Origin: Acidobacteriota bacterium
Lineage (GTDB): Bacteria; Acidobacteriota; UBA890; WLXD01
NCBI GenBank assembly: GCA_963666215.2
Contig: CAXWPL010000005.1
Location: 1,115,818 to 1,179,817, forward strand
Reading direction: 5' to 3'
DNA length: 64,000 bases
The notes under the pieces were generated by a model. The model had not been told where the DNA came from. It saw only the letters and a program-made list of their open reading frames with translations, and did not search any database. The position numbers were made by a program, and so were the translations under genes. The stretch's first letter is position 1. Each line of letters starts with the position of its first letter. Below, in pieces: positions 27,537-36,587 of this stretch.

Positions 27537-27656
27537 GATGGATCGGGCGGCGACGCCAAAGCGCCGCGTGTCCGACCGCGAATCCTAGCAGATCCCGCTC
27601 ACGGAGCGCCCACTCCAGCCACCAGGCGGCGACTCGCGAATCCCCGGACTTCCGAA

Positions 27657-29930
27657 CTACGCCAGCAGCAGAAAGGCCGCGGCAGACGAAGCCACTTGAA
27701 TCGTGAAGTTGTCGAGCCCGTGATTGCTGAAGGCCTCGACGGCGGCGCCGAACAGGCCACATGCAAGACCACCCATGAGCGCCGTGATCGCCGGCATGCC
27801 GAAGGCTAGCAAGCCGGCCATCGCTGCCACCGAACCGCCCGTAAAGACGGCAAGAGATCCTTCGAGCGTGCGGTGGGCGGGCACGCCGGCGAGCGATGGA
27901 ACCCGATAGTCGTGTCGCCCCCAGCGCGCGCCAACCGGCTCACCAAGAGCGTCCCCCCAGCCGCATACCAGATAGCCAATGAAGGCGAACTGCGGGAACA
28001 GCAGGTTGCTCAGGAGCCCGCCCGCGGCAGTGGTCACCATCGGCACGAGGATAAAGAGCGAGCGCCGCGGACGGTCGCTGTCGCGGGCCATCGACTCGTA
28101 GAAGGCGAAGCCGTCTCCTCGCCACACCGCGAACATCACGCAGCTCGTGATCACGATACCGAAGAGCATGACGCTCGGAAGCCCCAACGTCAGCTGAATC
28201 GCGCCTGCCATCGTGAAGATAAGAAAGTGGAAGATCTTGCGGGTGTAGGAGGTTTTGACTCCCTTGGTGACCCGTAGCCAGCCGGCCAACGTCGCGGCAA
28301 ACAATCCGTAGAACAAGAACGCCACGCTCAGCGCGGCCAACACGCCGACCGACGGGACCACCGCGGCGTAGGTGGCGGCAGGATCGGTCATGAAGCCCAT
28401 CAGCAGGCTGCCTGCGCTGAGGGCATGCGCGACTCCGGGCGCCGGGGCCACTGTCGAGGCTTGCGCCTGCCGCTGCGGACCCTCGCGCAGCGCCTGCGCG
28501 ATGCGGGCCTGCAGCCCTTCGAGTGCCGGACCGTAGACGTACCAGGGCCCGCCCTGCGCAAGAGTGCCGACGAGCTCGGTCGAGTACTCCTCGAACGCCT
28601 GCCACTCGAGCGGAACACTCCGGGCGATCTCGCGATCAACATCGGTGTCAGCTCGCCGCTCTCCAAGGTAAACGATGCCGCGTACGCCCCGACGATGCAG
28701 GTAGGTCCCGAACTCCGGACCATCGGGACGCGGACCCGTGGCAACGTTGGCCCCTATCAGCTCGACCTGCCCGCCACCCATCGGCTCGCGAAAGAGCTCC
28801 GGCGGCAGCGGAGGCAGATCGCTCTCATAGGCGAGCTGGAACGCTTGTGTGGCGGTCGAATTGGGGAGAAAGGCGTGCACCGCCAGCGGCCGCGGCAGCT
28901 GCTTGACGCGGCGCGCAGCGGCGAGGACGACCTGCGGGTCGTAGCGCTGCCAGGAAACCGGCAAAGCGGAGTACGGCACCTCGAAGTCTGCGAGCGCCTG
29001 CTCCTCCTTCTCGATCCAAGGACGATCCTCTGGATTGTCCGGGTCGAGCAGCGAGACGACGTGCTCGAGCTCGCCGGCCAGGTAAAACGCGAAGAGCTCC
29101 TCGTCGGTGGGGAACGGAGTGACGAACACACCCGGCTCGAGCTCGACAATCGGACCGCGTTCGAACGCTTCTTTTTTGCCGAGCGAGTACGCCGTCTCGG
29201 CAGTGTCTGTTTGCGCCTGCTTGGTGATTCTCTCCACGAGATTGCGAACCACCCCGACACGGTCGCGGCCCAGGTAGCAGTGGACGTAGTAACGACCGGT
29301 CCCCGAGGTCGCGAGGCTCTTGATCTTGGCCAGTGAGTCGACGTTGTCGCTCACCCACGGCAGCATCGGCGTGTGGATGAGCTCCAGACCCGCTTCAGCG
29401 ATCGCGGCGCGCTCGTCGGCGAGCAACTTGGGCTCGAATGGGACCACCGCGGGATGGAGCAGGCTGATCACACCGGTGTAGCCCTCGTCGCGCAGCGTGG
29501 CCAGCCTGTCGGCGTCGGGATACGGGCCGAAGGTGAACCGCGACACCTCGCTAACCTGAGTTGTCTGCAGGCCGATCATCACGGCCGGCGTCATCCAGAG
29601 CCACATCGTGGCGCCGGTAACGAGCACGAGACAAACGAGGGTCGCCACGGTCGCGTGCATTCCGCTGGAGCCGAGGCGGCGCGTGATCACCCAGCTCAGC
29701 AACGCTGAGCCGACCACAAACAGCCCGATGATGGCCATCACGCCAACGTTCTCGACGCCGTCGCCCCACTCCGCCGAGCGCGCTCGTTCGGTGAACCAGC
29801 GAACCGGGCCGAGCAGCGTCATCGATCCGGTAACGAAGCCGATCGGCCCCCAGACCGCGAAGAACGTCGCCCAGCAGGCGAGCTTGGAGCGCTCGCGCGG
29901 CTGATCGACCGTGATCAAGGTTGTGCTCAT
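27657..29930 (-). CDS. multidomain membrane protein: N-terminal TM block, three tandem PTP/DSP-like modules (only the first with a C-x5-R loop), C-terminal polyprenol(dolichol/phytol)-kinase / CdsA-superfamily membrane domain
   Basis: Module 1 has the P-loop YYVHCYLGRDRVGVV (HCX5R). Modules 2 and 3 align to it but read AVHAFLPNSTAT and WYVYGPALEGLQ. The C-terminus reads YTRKIFHFLIF ... GYLVCGWGDALGEPVGARWGRHDYRV ... RTLEGSLAVFTGG. Confidence 0.7.
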   Translation of the reverse strand: MSTTLITVDQPRERSKLACWATFFAVWGPIGFVTGSMTLLGPVRWFTERARSAEWGDGVENVGVMAIIGLFVVGSALLSWVITRRLGSSGMHATVATLVCLVLVTGATMWLWMTPAVMIGLQTTQVSEVSRFTFGPYPDADRLATLRDEGYTGVISLLHPAVVPFEPKLLADERAAIAEAGLELIHTPMLPWVSDNVDSLAKIKSLATSGTGRYYVHCYLGRDRVGVVRNLVERITKQAQTDTAETAYSLGKKEAFERGPIVELEPGVFVTPFPTDEELFAFYLAGELEHVVSLLDPDNPEDRPWIEKEEQALADFEVPYSALPVSWQRYDPQVVLAAARRVKQLPRPLAVHAFLPNSTATQAFQLAYESDLPPLPPELFREPMGGGQVELIGANVATGPRPDGPEFGTYLHRRGVRGIVYLGERRADTDVDREIARSVPLEWQAFEEYSTELVGTLAQGGPWYVYGPALEGLQARIAQALREGPQRQAQASTVAPAPGVAHALSAGSLLMGFMTDPAATYAAVVPSVGVLAALSVAFLFYGLFAATLAGWLRVTKGVKTSYTRKIFHFLIFTMAGAIQLTLGLPSVMLFGIVITSCVMFAVWRGDGFAFYESMARDSDRPRRSLFILVPMVTTAAGGLLSNLLFPQFAFIGYLVCGWGDALGEPVGARWGRHDYRVPSLAGVPAHRTLEGSLAVFTGGSVAAMAGLLAFGMPAITALMGGLACGLFGAAVEAFSNHGLDNFTIQVASSAAAFLLLA

Positions 29931-30025
29931 CGCCCCGTACCCTTCATGGTGTCGCGTGGCTGTCGGTGGCCTGCCGTAATCTGTTCTTCGACGGCGCCGA
30001 TGACGACGCCAGCTTTCAAGAAGTC

Positions 30026-31324
30026 CTAGAAGCGGCGCTCGAGCCCGACGCCGAAGTTGAACTGCCGTCGGTCACGACTGAAGGCGAGCTTCTCCCACGA
30101 GTAGCCCGCGCTGAACTTGAACATGAACAAGCCGCCAAATGCCTTCTGGCCGCGAAGCGCTACCTTGCGCGAGTCGAATCGAGCCAGGTCGATCGTGCTG
30201 GTGATCTCGCCCGGCGACGAGCCGGTGCCGGCGGTAACGCCCAGGTAGTTGTCGGGGCCGCCGAAGTAGCGCCGCACGGTCAGGTTGTACGACTGCGAAG
30301 TCCCCTCCGACTTCGGCGTGATGTACGGGCGCAGCGAGATCCAGTAGTTGCCCTGGTACTTCGCGATGGTGCCGGTGTAAATCGTCACCTCCGACGACTC
30401 GAACTGCAGCCAGCGGAACCCGCCCGACAGCTCGACGCCGTGCGGCAGGTTCGCGTACAGCTCGCCACCTACCCTGTTCTTTGGAAAGAACCGATGCGAC
30501 GAGTAGCCGTAGTTGACGTAGGCGTAGAGGCCCTTCGCGAGACGGGGATAGGCATCAATCTCGTACTGTGCCGTGTCCTCGCGAAACCGGTTGGCGTAGT
30601 TGGCGCGCACGATCACCGAGCCCCTGCTCGTGCGATGTCCTAGAGCGAACGATGCCTGGTGCCACGGATTCGAGAAGGAGTCGATGTCGGTGAAGCCGTA
30701 CGTCAGCGAAGCTTTGCTGCGCATGCCGACCTGGCGCACGCTCTCCATGAGCTTGGCAGCATCCGCATCGCCAGGACTCACCCGCAGCAGCTGGTCGAGG
30801 GTCACTGCCGCGTCCGACAGCCGCCCCAAATCTCGTTCGGCGCGCGCCTTGCGCAGCAGGAACTTCTCGCTGTTGGGTTGGCGCCGAAGACCGTCGACGA
30901 GCGCGTCGAGCGCCCCGCCAGGGTTGTCGGCCCAGAGCTCGGTGTCGACCAGAGCGACCCGCGCATCGGCGAAATCGGGCTTGGCGCGCAGCACAATCAG
31001 AAACTGCTCACGCGCCTCGTCGTACTGCCGGTCCCAGGCGTGTACCCGGCCCAGCAGAACGCGAGCGTCGTGGTGCGAAGGCTTTGCGGCCAGGATCTCG
31101 CGGCACAGCGCACGCGCCGCCTCACGCTCGCCCGCGAAGGCCAGGCGTCGCGCCTCGTCGAAGGCATCGTCGGGTGCCGCACTGGCCACGAACAGGGGTG
31201 AGATCACCGCCGCTGGAGTTGATGCAAGGGCGGCGCTTGGCGCCGAGAGCAGGAGCACAGCCAGCAGCCCGAAGATGGTAGAAACGCCAGCGGCGCGCGC
31301 TGGCTTGGGTGTAGCGCTGATCAT
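30026..31324 (-). CDS. outer-membrane protein: signal peptide + TPR region + YaiO-type beta-barrel
   Basis: ATG at 31324 is preceded by GGAGG (the track ORF opens at 31378). The TPR-like helices include AREQFLIVLRAKPDFADARVALVDTELWADN. The C-terminal half has alternating aromatic beta-strand patterns and ends ...FNFGVGLERRF (terminal Phe). Confidence 0.7.
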   Translation of the reverse strand: MISATPKPARAAGVSTIFGLLAVLLLSAPSAALASTPAAVISPLFVASAAPDDAFDEARRLAFAGEREAARALCREILAAKPSHHDARVLLGRVHAWDRQYDEAREQFLIVLRAKPDFADARVALVDTELWADNPGGALDALVDGLRRQPNSEKFLLRKARAERDLGRLSDAAVTLDQLLRVSPGDADAAKLMESVRQVGMRSKASLTYGFTDIDSFSNPWHQASFALGHRTSRGSVIVRANYANRFREDTAQYEIDAYPRLAKGLYAYVNYGYSSHRFFPKNRVGGELYANLPHGVELSGGFRWLQFESSEVTIYTGTIAKYQGNYWISLRPYITPKSEGTSQSYNLTVRRYFGGPDNYLGVTAGTGSSPGEITSTIDLARFDSRKVALRGQKAFGGLFMFKFSAGYSWEKLAFSRDRRQFNFGVGLERRF

Positions 31325-31403
31325 GGTCAACCTCCTGGATCTGATCACTTTTCTCTGGGATTCGTTGCTTGGATTCACGCCTGTTCGCGCGGCCGCGCGA
31401 TCC

Positions 31404-32837
31404 TCAATCCTCGACAGCCGCCGGCTCCGCGTTCGCTGAGCGCCACGGCGCGGAGCGCCGCATGTCGCCCCAACGACCGCGTACCCCGAACAGCCACTGC
31501 AGGCTGGCGACGAGCCTGAACACCGCGATGAGCTGGCGGTATCCGAAGTTCTCGAGCATCGCCGCTGCGAACAACACGAGCACCTCCTTCGAGCGGCTGT
31601 AGACCTTGAAGGAAAGCTCTTCGAGCAGCAGACCCATCAGCGACAGCAGGGTGCCAAGACCGATCGCCACCACGAGGAACAGCAGCATCACGGTCGGGCT
31701 GACGTAGCCCAGATACCAGCCGACCACCATGTACAGATAGCCGGCAACCTCGACGATCGGCGCCAGACATTCGCCGAAGAGCATGAACGGCAAGCCAAGC
31801 CAACCGACGACACCGGCGCGGCGATTGAAGAACATGCCGCGGTGGCGGAAGAGAGTCTCCGTGAGCCCGCGCTGCCAGCGCATACGCTGCGCGGCGAGCG
31901 TCTTCAAATCACGTGGCACCTCGGTCCAGCAAATGGGCTCGGGAACGAACGTGATCTTGTAGGGGCGACCGCTCTCGCGTAGCTGGTGGTGCAGCCGCAC
32001 GGTCAGCTCCATGTCCTCGCCCACGGTCTCGCGATCGTAGCCGCCGGCATCAACGACCGCGTCACGGCGGAACAACCCGAACGCACCCGAGATCACCAAC
32101 AGCGACCCAATCTGCGCCCAGCCCAGTCGCCCGAAGAGGAACGCGCGCAGGTATTCGACGATCTGGAACAGCGGCAGCATGCGCGACGGCAGCCCAACTC
32201 GGATCACGTGCCCGTCACGTACCTGGCAACCGTTGGCGATGCGCACGGTTCCGCCTACGGCAACGGTTGTGGAATCCTCGATGAACGGCAACACGACGCG
32301 TTTGAGGCTTTGCCGCTCGAGAAAAGAGTCGGCGTCGATGCTGCAGAACAACGGGTACCGAGAGTTGTTGATGCCAGCGTTGAGCGCGTCGGCTTTGCCG
32401 CCGTTGTCCTTGTCGATGACGCGCAGCGCCGGATGGTCACGCGAGTGGTAGATCTGATGGACCGTCTCGCTGTGCAGCTGGCGGCGATACACCTCGGGGG
32501 CTGGCTCGAGATCGAACTCCTCGATCAGCGCGTCCAGCGTGCGATCCGTCGAGCCGTCGTTGATGACGACCACCTCGTGCTCGGGGTACTCGAGTTGCAA
32601 GAGTGAGTAGACCGAAGTGACGATCGTTTCTTCCTCGTTGTAGGCAGGGACCAGCAGGCTGATGGGCGGCTCCAACCCGGTGTAGCTGACGTGAAACCGC
32701 TCCAGGCTCGTCTCCTCGAGGTGGCGAAACACCCTGAAGACCGCCAGATAGTTGAGCAGCAGATAGAACCCGTTCACCACGACGAAGTAGAGGAGGAAGA
32801 ACCACTCAACGGGGCCGATCGTCGATACGAAGCTCAT
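31404..32837 (-). CDS. processive-type family-2 glycosyltransferase (PgaC/IcaA/YaiP-like polysaccharide synthase)
   Basis: N-terminal TM helices are followed by LLVPAYNEEE, VVINDGSTD, GKADALN, SIDADS, GAFGLFRR, GEDMELT and QRMRWQRG (QxxRW), then 3-4 C-terminal TM helices. The start overlaps the upstream stop as ATGA. Confidence 0.85.
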   Translation of the reverse strand: MSFVSTIGPVEWFFLLYFVVVNGFYLLLNYLAVFRVFRHLEETSLERFHVSYTGLEPPISLLVPAYNEEETIVTSVYSLLQLEYPEHEVVVINDGSTDRTLDALIEEFDLEPAPEVYRRQLHSETVHQIYHSRDHPALRVIDKDNGGKADALNAGINNSRYPLFCSIDADSFLERQSLKRVVLPFIEDSTTVAVGGTVRIANGCQVRDGHVIRVGLPSRMLPLFQIVEYLRAFLFGRLGWAQIGSLLVISGAFGLFRRDAVVDAGGYDRETVGEDMELTVRLHHQLRESGRPYKITFVPEPICWTEVPRDLKTLAAQRMRWQRGLTETLFRHRGMFFNRRAGVVGWLGLPFMLFGECLAPIVEVAGYLYMVVGWYLGYVSPTVMLLFLVVAIGLGTLLSLMGLLLEELSFKVYSRSKEVLVLFAAAMLENFGYRQLIAVFRLVASLQWLFGVRGRWGDMRRSAPWRSANAEPAAVED

Positions 32838-33904
32838 GCGGCGATCGCCTCCAGGCCCATTTCATCGATGACTTGCGCGAGGATGTCGCGAGCAAATCGA
32901 TCCACTTGGGCGCCTTGCAGTGCCACAAGCGCCTGTGAGCTCACGGAGGGGAGCTTCGCAATCGCCTGCGCGGCCCGATATCGCACCCAGTAGCGCTCGC
33001 TCGCCAGCTTCCCCGCCAGCATGGCGACATCCTTGTACGTGCCAAGACGACCCACCGCGGTGATGGCGTGCAACTGCACCCGCCAATTCGGGTGATCGAG
33101 GTGGTTGCGCACCACGTACAGTCCGTCGGGGTGTGCCAGATGTCCGAGCTGGTAGATGCCGGTCGTGATGACCTGCTGATCGTCGGTAGCGAGCAGAATC
33201 TCTTTGATCACCTGCACGGCGGCGCGCCGCTCGGCCGCCTCGAGGTACAGCATCAGCAACGGCTGGAAGGCCACCTCGGCCCGCTGGATGGTCTCGACGA
33301 GGGGCTGCGTGACGACATCCGCCCCAGCCTCACGCAGCAGCGCAAGCACGCGTGCCGGCGACCAGTCGGCGCGCGACGCAATCAGGGGCAAGATCAACGG
33401 CAGCGCCTCGCGAGGATTGATGCGCAGTAGCGCATGCGCGGCGGCGAGTGAGATGTATGGATTGGTCGACCTGGTCAGCGGTCGCAAGCTCCGCCTCAGG
33501 TCGCGATCGTGCAGATGCCCAATCGCCTGGATCGCCATCAACCGCTGCCGGACACTGCCGTGCCGCAGCGCCTCCTTGGCGTGCAGATCGATTCCACACA
33601 GGCGCCCCGCTTGTGCGAGATTCACGCGTGCGTCACCGGCGACGAACTCGTTGAAGTACACCCACAGGGGAAGCACCTCGACGGCCTCCTCGGCGGTGAG
33701 CTCGGGCATGCTCGTCGGGTACTCCAGAAGTGCCTCGGTGAACAGCGGCCTCCACCGCCCAACATGCAGCTCGCGGCGCGCGGCGCGCCGCTGGTTGCTC
33801 ACACGCAGGTAGAGAATCGTCCCCAGTAGGATCGACGTGCAGAGCACAACCAGGACCGCCGCGCAGAGACCGATCCAAATCATGATTCCAGGAGTGGCGA
33901 CCAC
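32834..33904 (-). CDS. HEAT/armadillo-repeat protein with one N-terminal TM helix
   Basis: GTG at 33904 lies 9 nt after AGGAGA (the track ORF opens at 33979 and would overlap the receiver gene). The TM helix is IMIWIGLCAAVLVVLCTSILLGTILYL. Repeated helical pairs follow (VRQRLMAIQAIGHL, YISLAAAHALLRI, WRVQLHAITAVGRL, WVRYRAAQAIAKL). Confidence 0.7.
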   Translation of the reverse strand: MVATPGIMIWIGLCAAVLVVLCTSILLGTILYLRVSNQRRAARRELHVGRWRPLFTEALLEYPTSMPELTAEEAVEVLPLWVYFNEFVAGDARVNLAQAGRLCGIDLHAKEALRHGSVRQRLMAIQAIGHLHDRDLRRSLRPLTRSTNPYISLAAAHALLRINPREALPLILPLIASRADWSPARVLALLREAGADVVTQPLVETIQRAEVAFQPLLMLYLEAAERRAAVQVIKEILLATDDQQVITTGIYQLGHLAHPDGLYVVRNHLDHPNWRVQLHAITAVGRLGTYKDVAMLAGKLASERYWVRYRAAQAIAKLPSVSSQALVALQGAQVDRFARDILAQVIDEMGLEAIAA

Positions 33905-33923
33905 GGCTTCGACTCTCCTGCGG

Positions 33924-34406
33924 TTAGGCGACGCGGGTCGAGGCATCCGGCGAGACCGCCGAGGAAGCGCTCGAGGCAATCAGCGCGCCTACTCGAGCGA
34001 TCAACTCCCGAGGTCGGAACGGCTTCGTGACATAGTCGTTGGCACCGGCCCGAAACGCCGCCACCATGTCCTCCTCCGAGGATTTGCCCGACAGGACAAT
34101 CACCGGCACCGACTCCCAACCCCGCGTCGCGCGGATCGACTTGACCACTTCGATGCCGCCGACAAATGGCATCATCACGTCGACAACGACGAGCGCCGGC
34201 GGAGGCCCTGTCGAGACCCGCGTGATGATCTGCTCACCATCCGCGTGGGGCTCGACCTGGTAGCCTTCGCGAGCGAGCAGGTACTGCAGGACGTAGCGCA
34301 TGTTCACGTCGTCTTCGGCAAGTAGTACCAACGGGTTAGGTCCGCTCTCGACGCCCGCGGGCCCAGACGTGTTGCTAGCCATTTCTGTGCCTACTTGTCG
34401 TTCCAT
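33924..34406 (-). CDS. single-domain response regulator (receiver only)
   Basis: LLAEDD, VVVDVMMP (phospho-Asp), VIVLSG and NDYVTKPF are present. AGGGAG precedes the ATG at 34406. Confidence 0.8.
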   Translation of the reverse strand: MERQVGTEMASNTSGPAGVESGPNPLVLLAEDDVNMRYVLQYLLAREGYQVEPHADGEQIITRVSTGPPPALVVVDVMMPFVGGIEVVKSIRATRGWESVPVIVLSGKSSEEDMVAAFRAGANDYVTKPFRPRELIARVGALIASSASSAVSPDASTRVA

Positions 34407-34515
34407 GGGACTCCCTAGAGGCTCGAGCGTTGAATTTAGCAGTGATAGCCGCCTAATACATATCTAGAAGCGTTGTTAGTCTGTTCTAGTCACGATCATT
34501 TATCTGGACCTATTC
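34407..34515. promoter_or_regulatory. AT-rich divergent promoter region between the EPS-type operon and the IMPase gene
   Basis: GC drops sharply here (…TTGAATTTAGCAGTGATAGCCGCCTAATACATATCTAGAAGCGTTGTTAGTCTGTTCTAGTCACGATCATTTATCTGG…). Individual -35/-10 elements were not assigned. Confidence 0.35.
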
Positions 34516-35337
34516 ATGCATAAAGTTGATCACCATAAGTCGCTCCAGTTCGCGGTAGAGATGGCTCATGCAGCAGGCGATCTGACCCTGAGGACCTTCC
34601 AGGGCGAAGTCGCCACCGAGCGCAAGCCCGACCGAACCCTGGTGACGGCCGCCGACCGCGGTGCGGAGATGCTGTGTCGCGACATGATCGAGAAGCGCTT
34701 TCCGGACTACGGCATCCTTGGGGAGGAGTTCGGAGAAACGCGGCCGGGCGCAGAGCTGCGCTGGATTCTCGATCCAATCGACGGCACCAACTCCTACGTC
34801 CGCGGTGTGCCGCTGTACGGCGTTCTGATTGCCCTCGAGGACTGCCGGGCGGGCAAGGTGGTCGCGGGCGTGATCCATTTCCCGGCGCTTGGCGAAACCG
34901 TCTCGGCCGCGGCTGGTGCCGGCTGCTGGTGGAACGACCGCCGTGCAGCGGTCTCGGGCGTCAGCGACCTCGACTCGGCGCTCGTGTTGACCACCGACGC
35001 CGAGCGCGTGTTGAGTCGACACCGCGAGGGCTGGGAGCGGCTTGGCGATCGCGCCGAGCTGGCTCGCACCTGGGGCGATTGCTACGGACATGCGCTGGTC
35101 GCCACGGGCCGCGCCGAGGCGATGGTCGATCCGGTACTGGCGATCTGGGACGCTGCTCCGCTGCAGATCGTCGTTGAGGAGGCCGGAGGTGTTTACACCG
35201 ATTGGGATGGCGGTCGCAGCTATCGCGGTGCCTCGGGCATCTCGACGAACGCCGCGTTGGCCGACGCGGTGCGCGATGCTCTAGGCGCGGCGCGACCGGC
35301 TCCCGAGCTCCCAGCCGCTGATAGCCGCCGCGGATAA
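34516..35337 (+). CDS. inositol-monophosphatase family protein (HisN-type histidinol-phosphatase-like)
   Basis: GEEFG, WILDPIDGTNSY and WDAAPL are present. Confidence 0.8.
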   Translation: MHKVDHHKSLQFAVEMAHAAGDLTLRTFQGEVATERKPDRTLVTAADRGAEMLCRDMIEKRFPDYGILGEEFGETRPGAELRWILDPIDGTNSYVRGVPLYGVLIALEDCRAGKVVAGVIHFPALGETVSAAAGAGCWWNDRRAAVSGVSDLDSALVLTTDAERVLSRHREGWERLGDRAELARTWGDCYGHALVATGRAEAMVDPVLAIWDAAPLQIVVEEAGGVYTDWDGGRSYRGASGISTNAALADAVRDALGAARPAPELPAADSRRG

Positions 35338-35356
35338 CGGCCAAGCGCGCGCGCGA

Positions 35357-36544
35357 ATGGCACAATGCGTTTCCATGGAAACGGAATCGGGTCTGGAACT
35401 CCTCGTACGTCCGCGGGTTGAAGATACGTACCTGCGCGTGCTCGTGGCGGAGGAAGATCCTGAGCTACGGGCACTGCTGGCGGCGACGCTGTCGCAGTTC
35501 GGCTTCGGCTGCCAGGAGGCGAGCAACGCCATCGACGCGCTGGCGATCCTGCGCGACGCAGCCGCCGAACGGTCCGACACGTCGGCAATGCCACGGCCCG
35601 GCTCAGACCGCAGCGGAAGCGACGCATATGCCAGCCTGGTCTGCGAATTCGGCCTGGTGATCTGCGACGTGCGTATGCCCGACGGTGACGGATTCTCTTT
35701 CCTCGACGAGGTGCTCGCCAGCTATCCGGACGTTTCCGTGATCATGCTGACCGGGGTTGACCGCAGCCGCGTTGCCGTGGAGTGCCTGCAGCGAGGGGCG
35801 ACCGAATATCTGGTCAAGCCGGTCGATATGGACGACCTGATCGTTGCGGTTCACCACGCCCTCGAGCGTCGGCGTCTGTTGCTGCAGAACCGCCTGTATC
35901 AGACCAAGCTCGAGCGTATGGTGCAGGCGCGCACCCATGAGCTCCGCCAGACGCTTGGGCGATTGCAACAGACCTACAGCGAAACGCTCGCAGCGCTGGC
36001 TACCGCCCTCGACGCCCGTGAGCAGGAAACCGCCCATCACTCGGAGCGAGTGGCGCGCGACTGCCAGCGCCTGCTGCAATGCTTGGGCGTGGAGGATGAC
36101 GAATCGCTCACGGTGACCGGTCAAGGTGCGCTACTGCATGACATCGGCAAGATCGGCATCCCGGATTCGATTCTGCTCAAGCCTGGCCCTCTCGACGACG
36201 CCGAATGGCGCGTAATGCGGCAGCACCCGTCGATCGGGCACGAGATCTTGCGCGGCATCGAGTTCCTCGAGCCTTCGCTCGAGCTGGTGCTGCATCACCA
36301 AGAGAAATTCGACGGAAGCGGCTACCCCACGGGCCTCGCGGGCAACGAGATCCCACTTTCCGCGCGCGCCTTCGCGGTGGTCGACGCCTGGGACGCGATG
36401 ACCCATGCGCGTCCATATCGCCAGCCGATGTCGGCCGGCAAGGCAACCGCTGAGTTGATCCGCTGCGCAGGCAGCCACTTCGACCCACAGGTGGTCGACA
36501 CGTTCTTGGAGATGAAACGAACCGAAGGTGTGCTCTCCATCTAG
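35357..36544 (+). CDS. response regulator with HD-GYP output domain (RpfG-like c-di-GMP phosphodiesterase)
   Basis: The receiver has VLVAEEDPEL, VICDVRMPDGDG and EYLVKP, with a ~25-aa Ser/Asp/Arg-rich insert before the phospho-Asp strand. The output domain has HHSERVA, LLHDIGKIGIPD and HHQEKFDGSGYP. Confidence 0.85.
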   Translation: MAQCVSMETESGLELLVRPRVEDTYLRVLVAEEDPELRALLAATLSQFGFGCQEASNAIDALAILRDAAAERSDTSAMPRPGSDRSGSDAYASLVCEFGLVICDVRMPDGDGFSFLDEVLASYPDVSVIMLTGVDRSRVAVECLQRGATEYLVKPVDMDDLIVAVHHALERRRLLLQNRLYQTKLERMVQARTHELRQTLGRLQQTYSETLAALATALDAREQETAHHSERVARDCQRLLQCLGVEDDESLTVTGQGALLHDIGKIGIPDSILLKPGPLDDAEWRVMRQHPSIGHEILRGIEFLEPSLELVLHHQEKFDGSGYPTGLAGNEIPLSARAFAVVDAWDAMTHARPYRQPMSAGKATAELIRCAGSHFDPQVVDTFLEMKRTEGVLSI

Positions 36545-36587
36545 TGGGCAACCCCGGCGAGCAGCGTTGAGCGGCGCGCCGCGCGAG

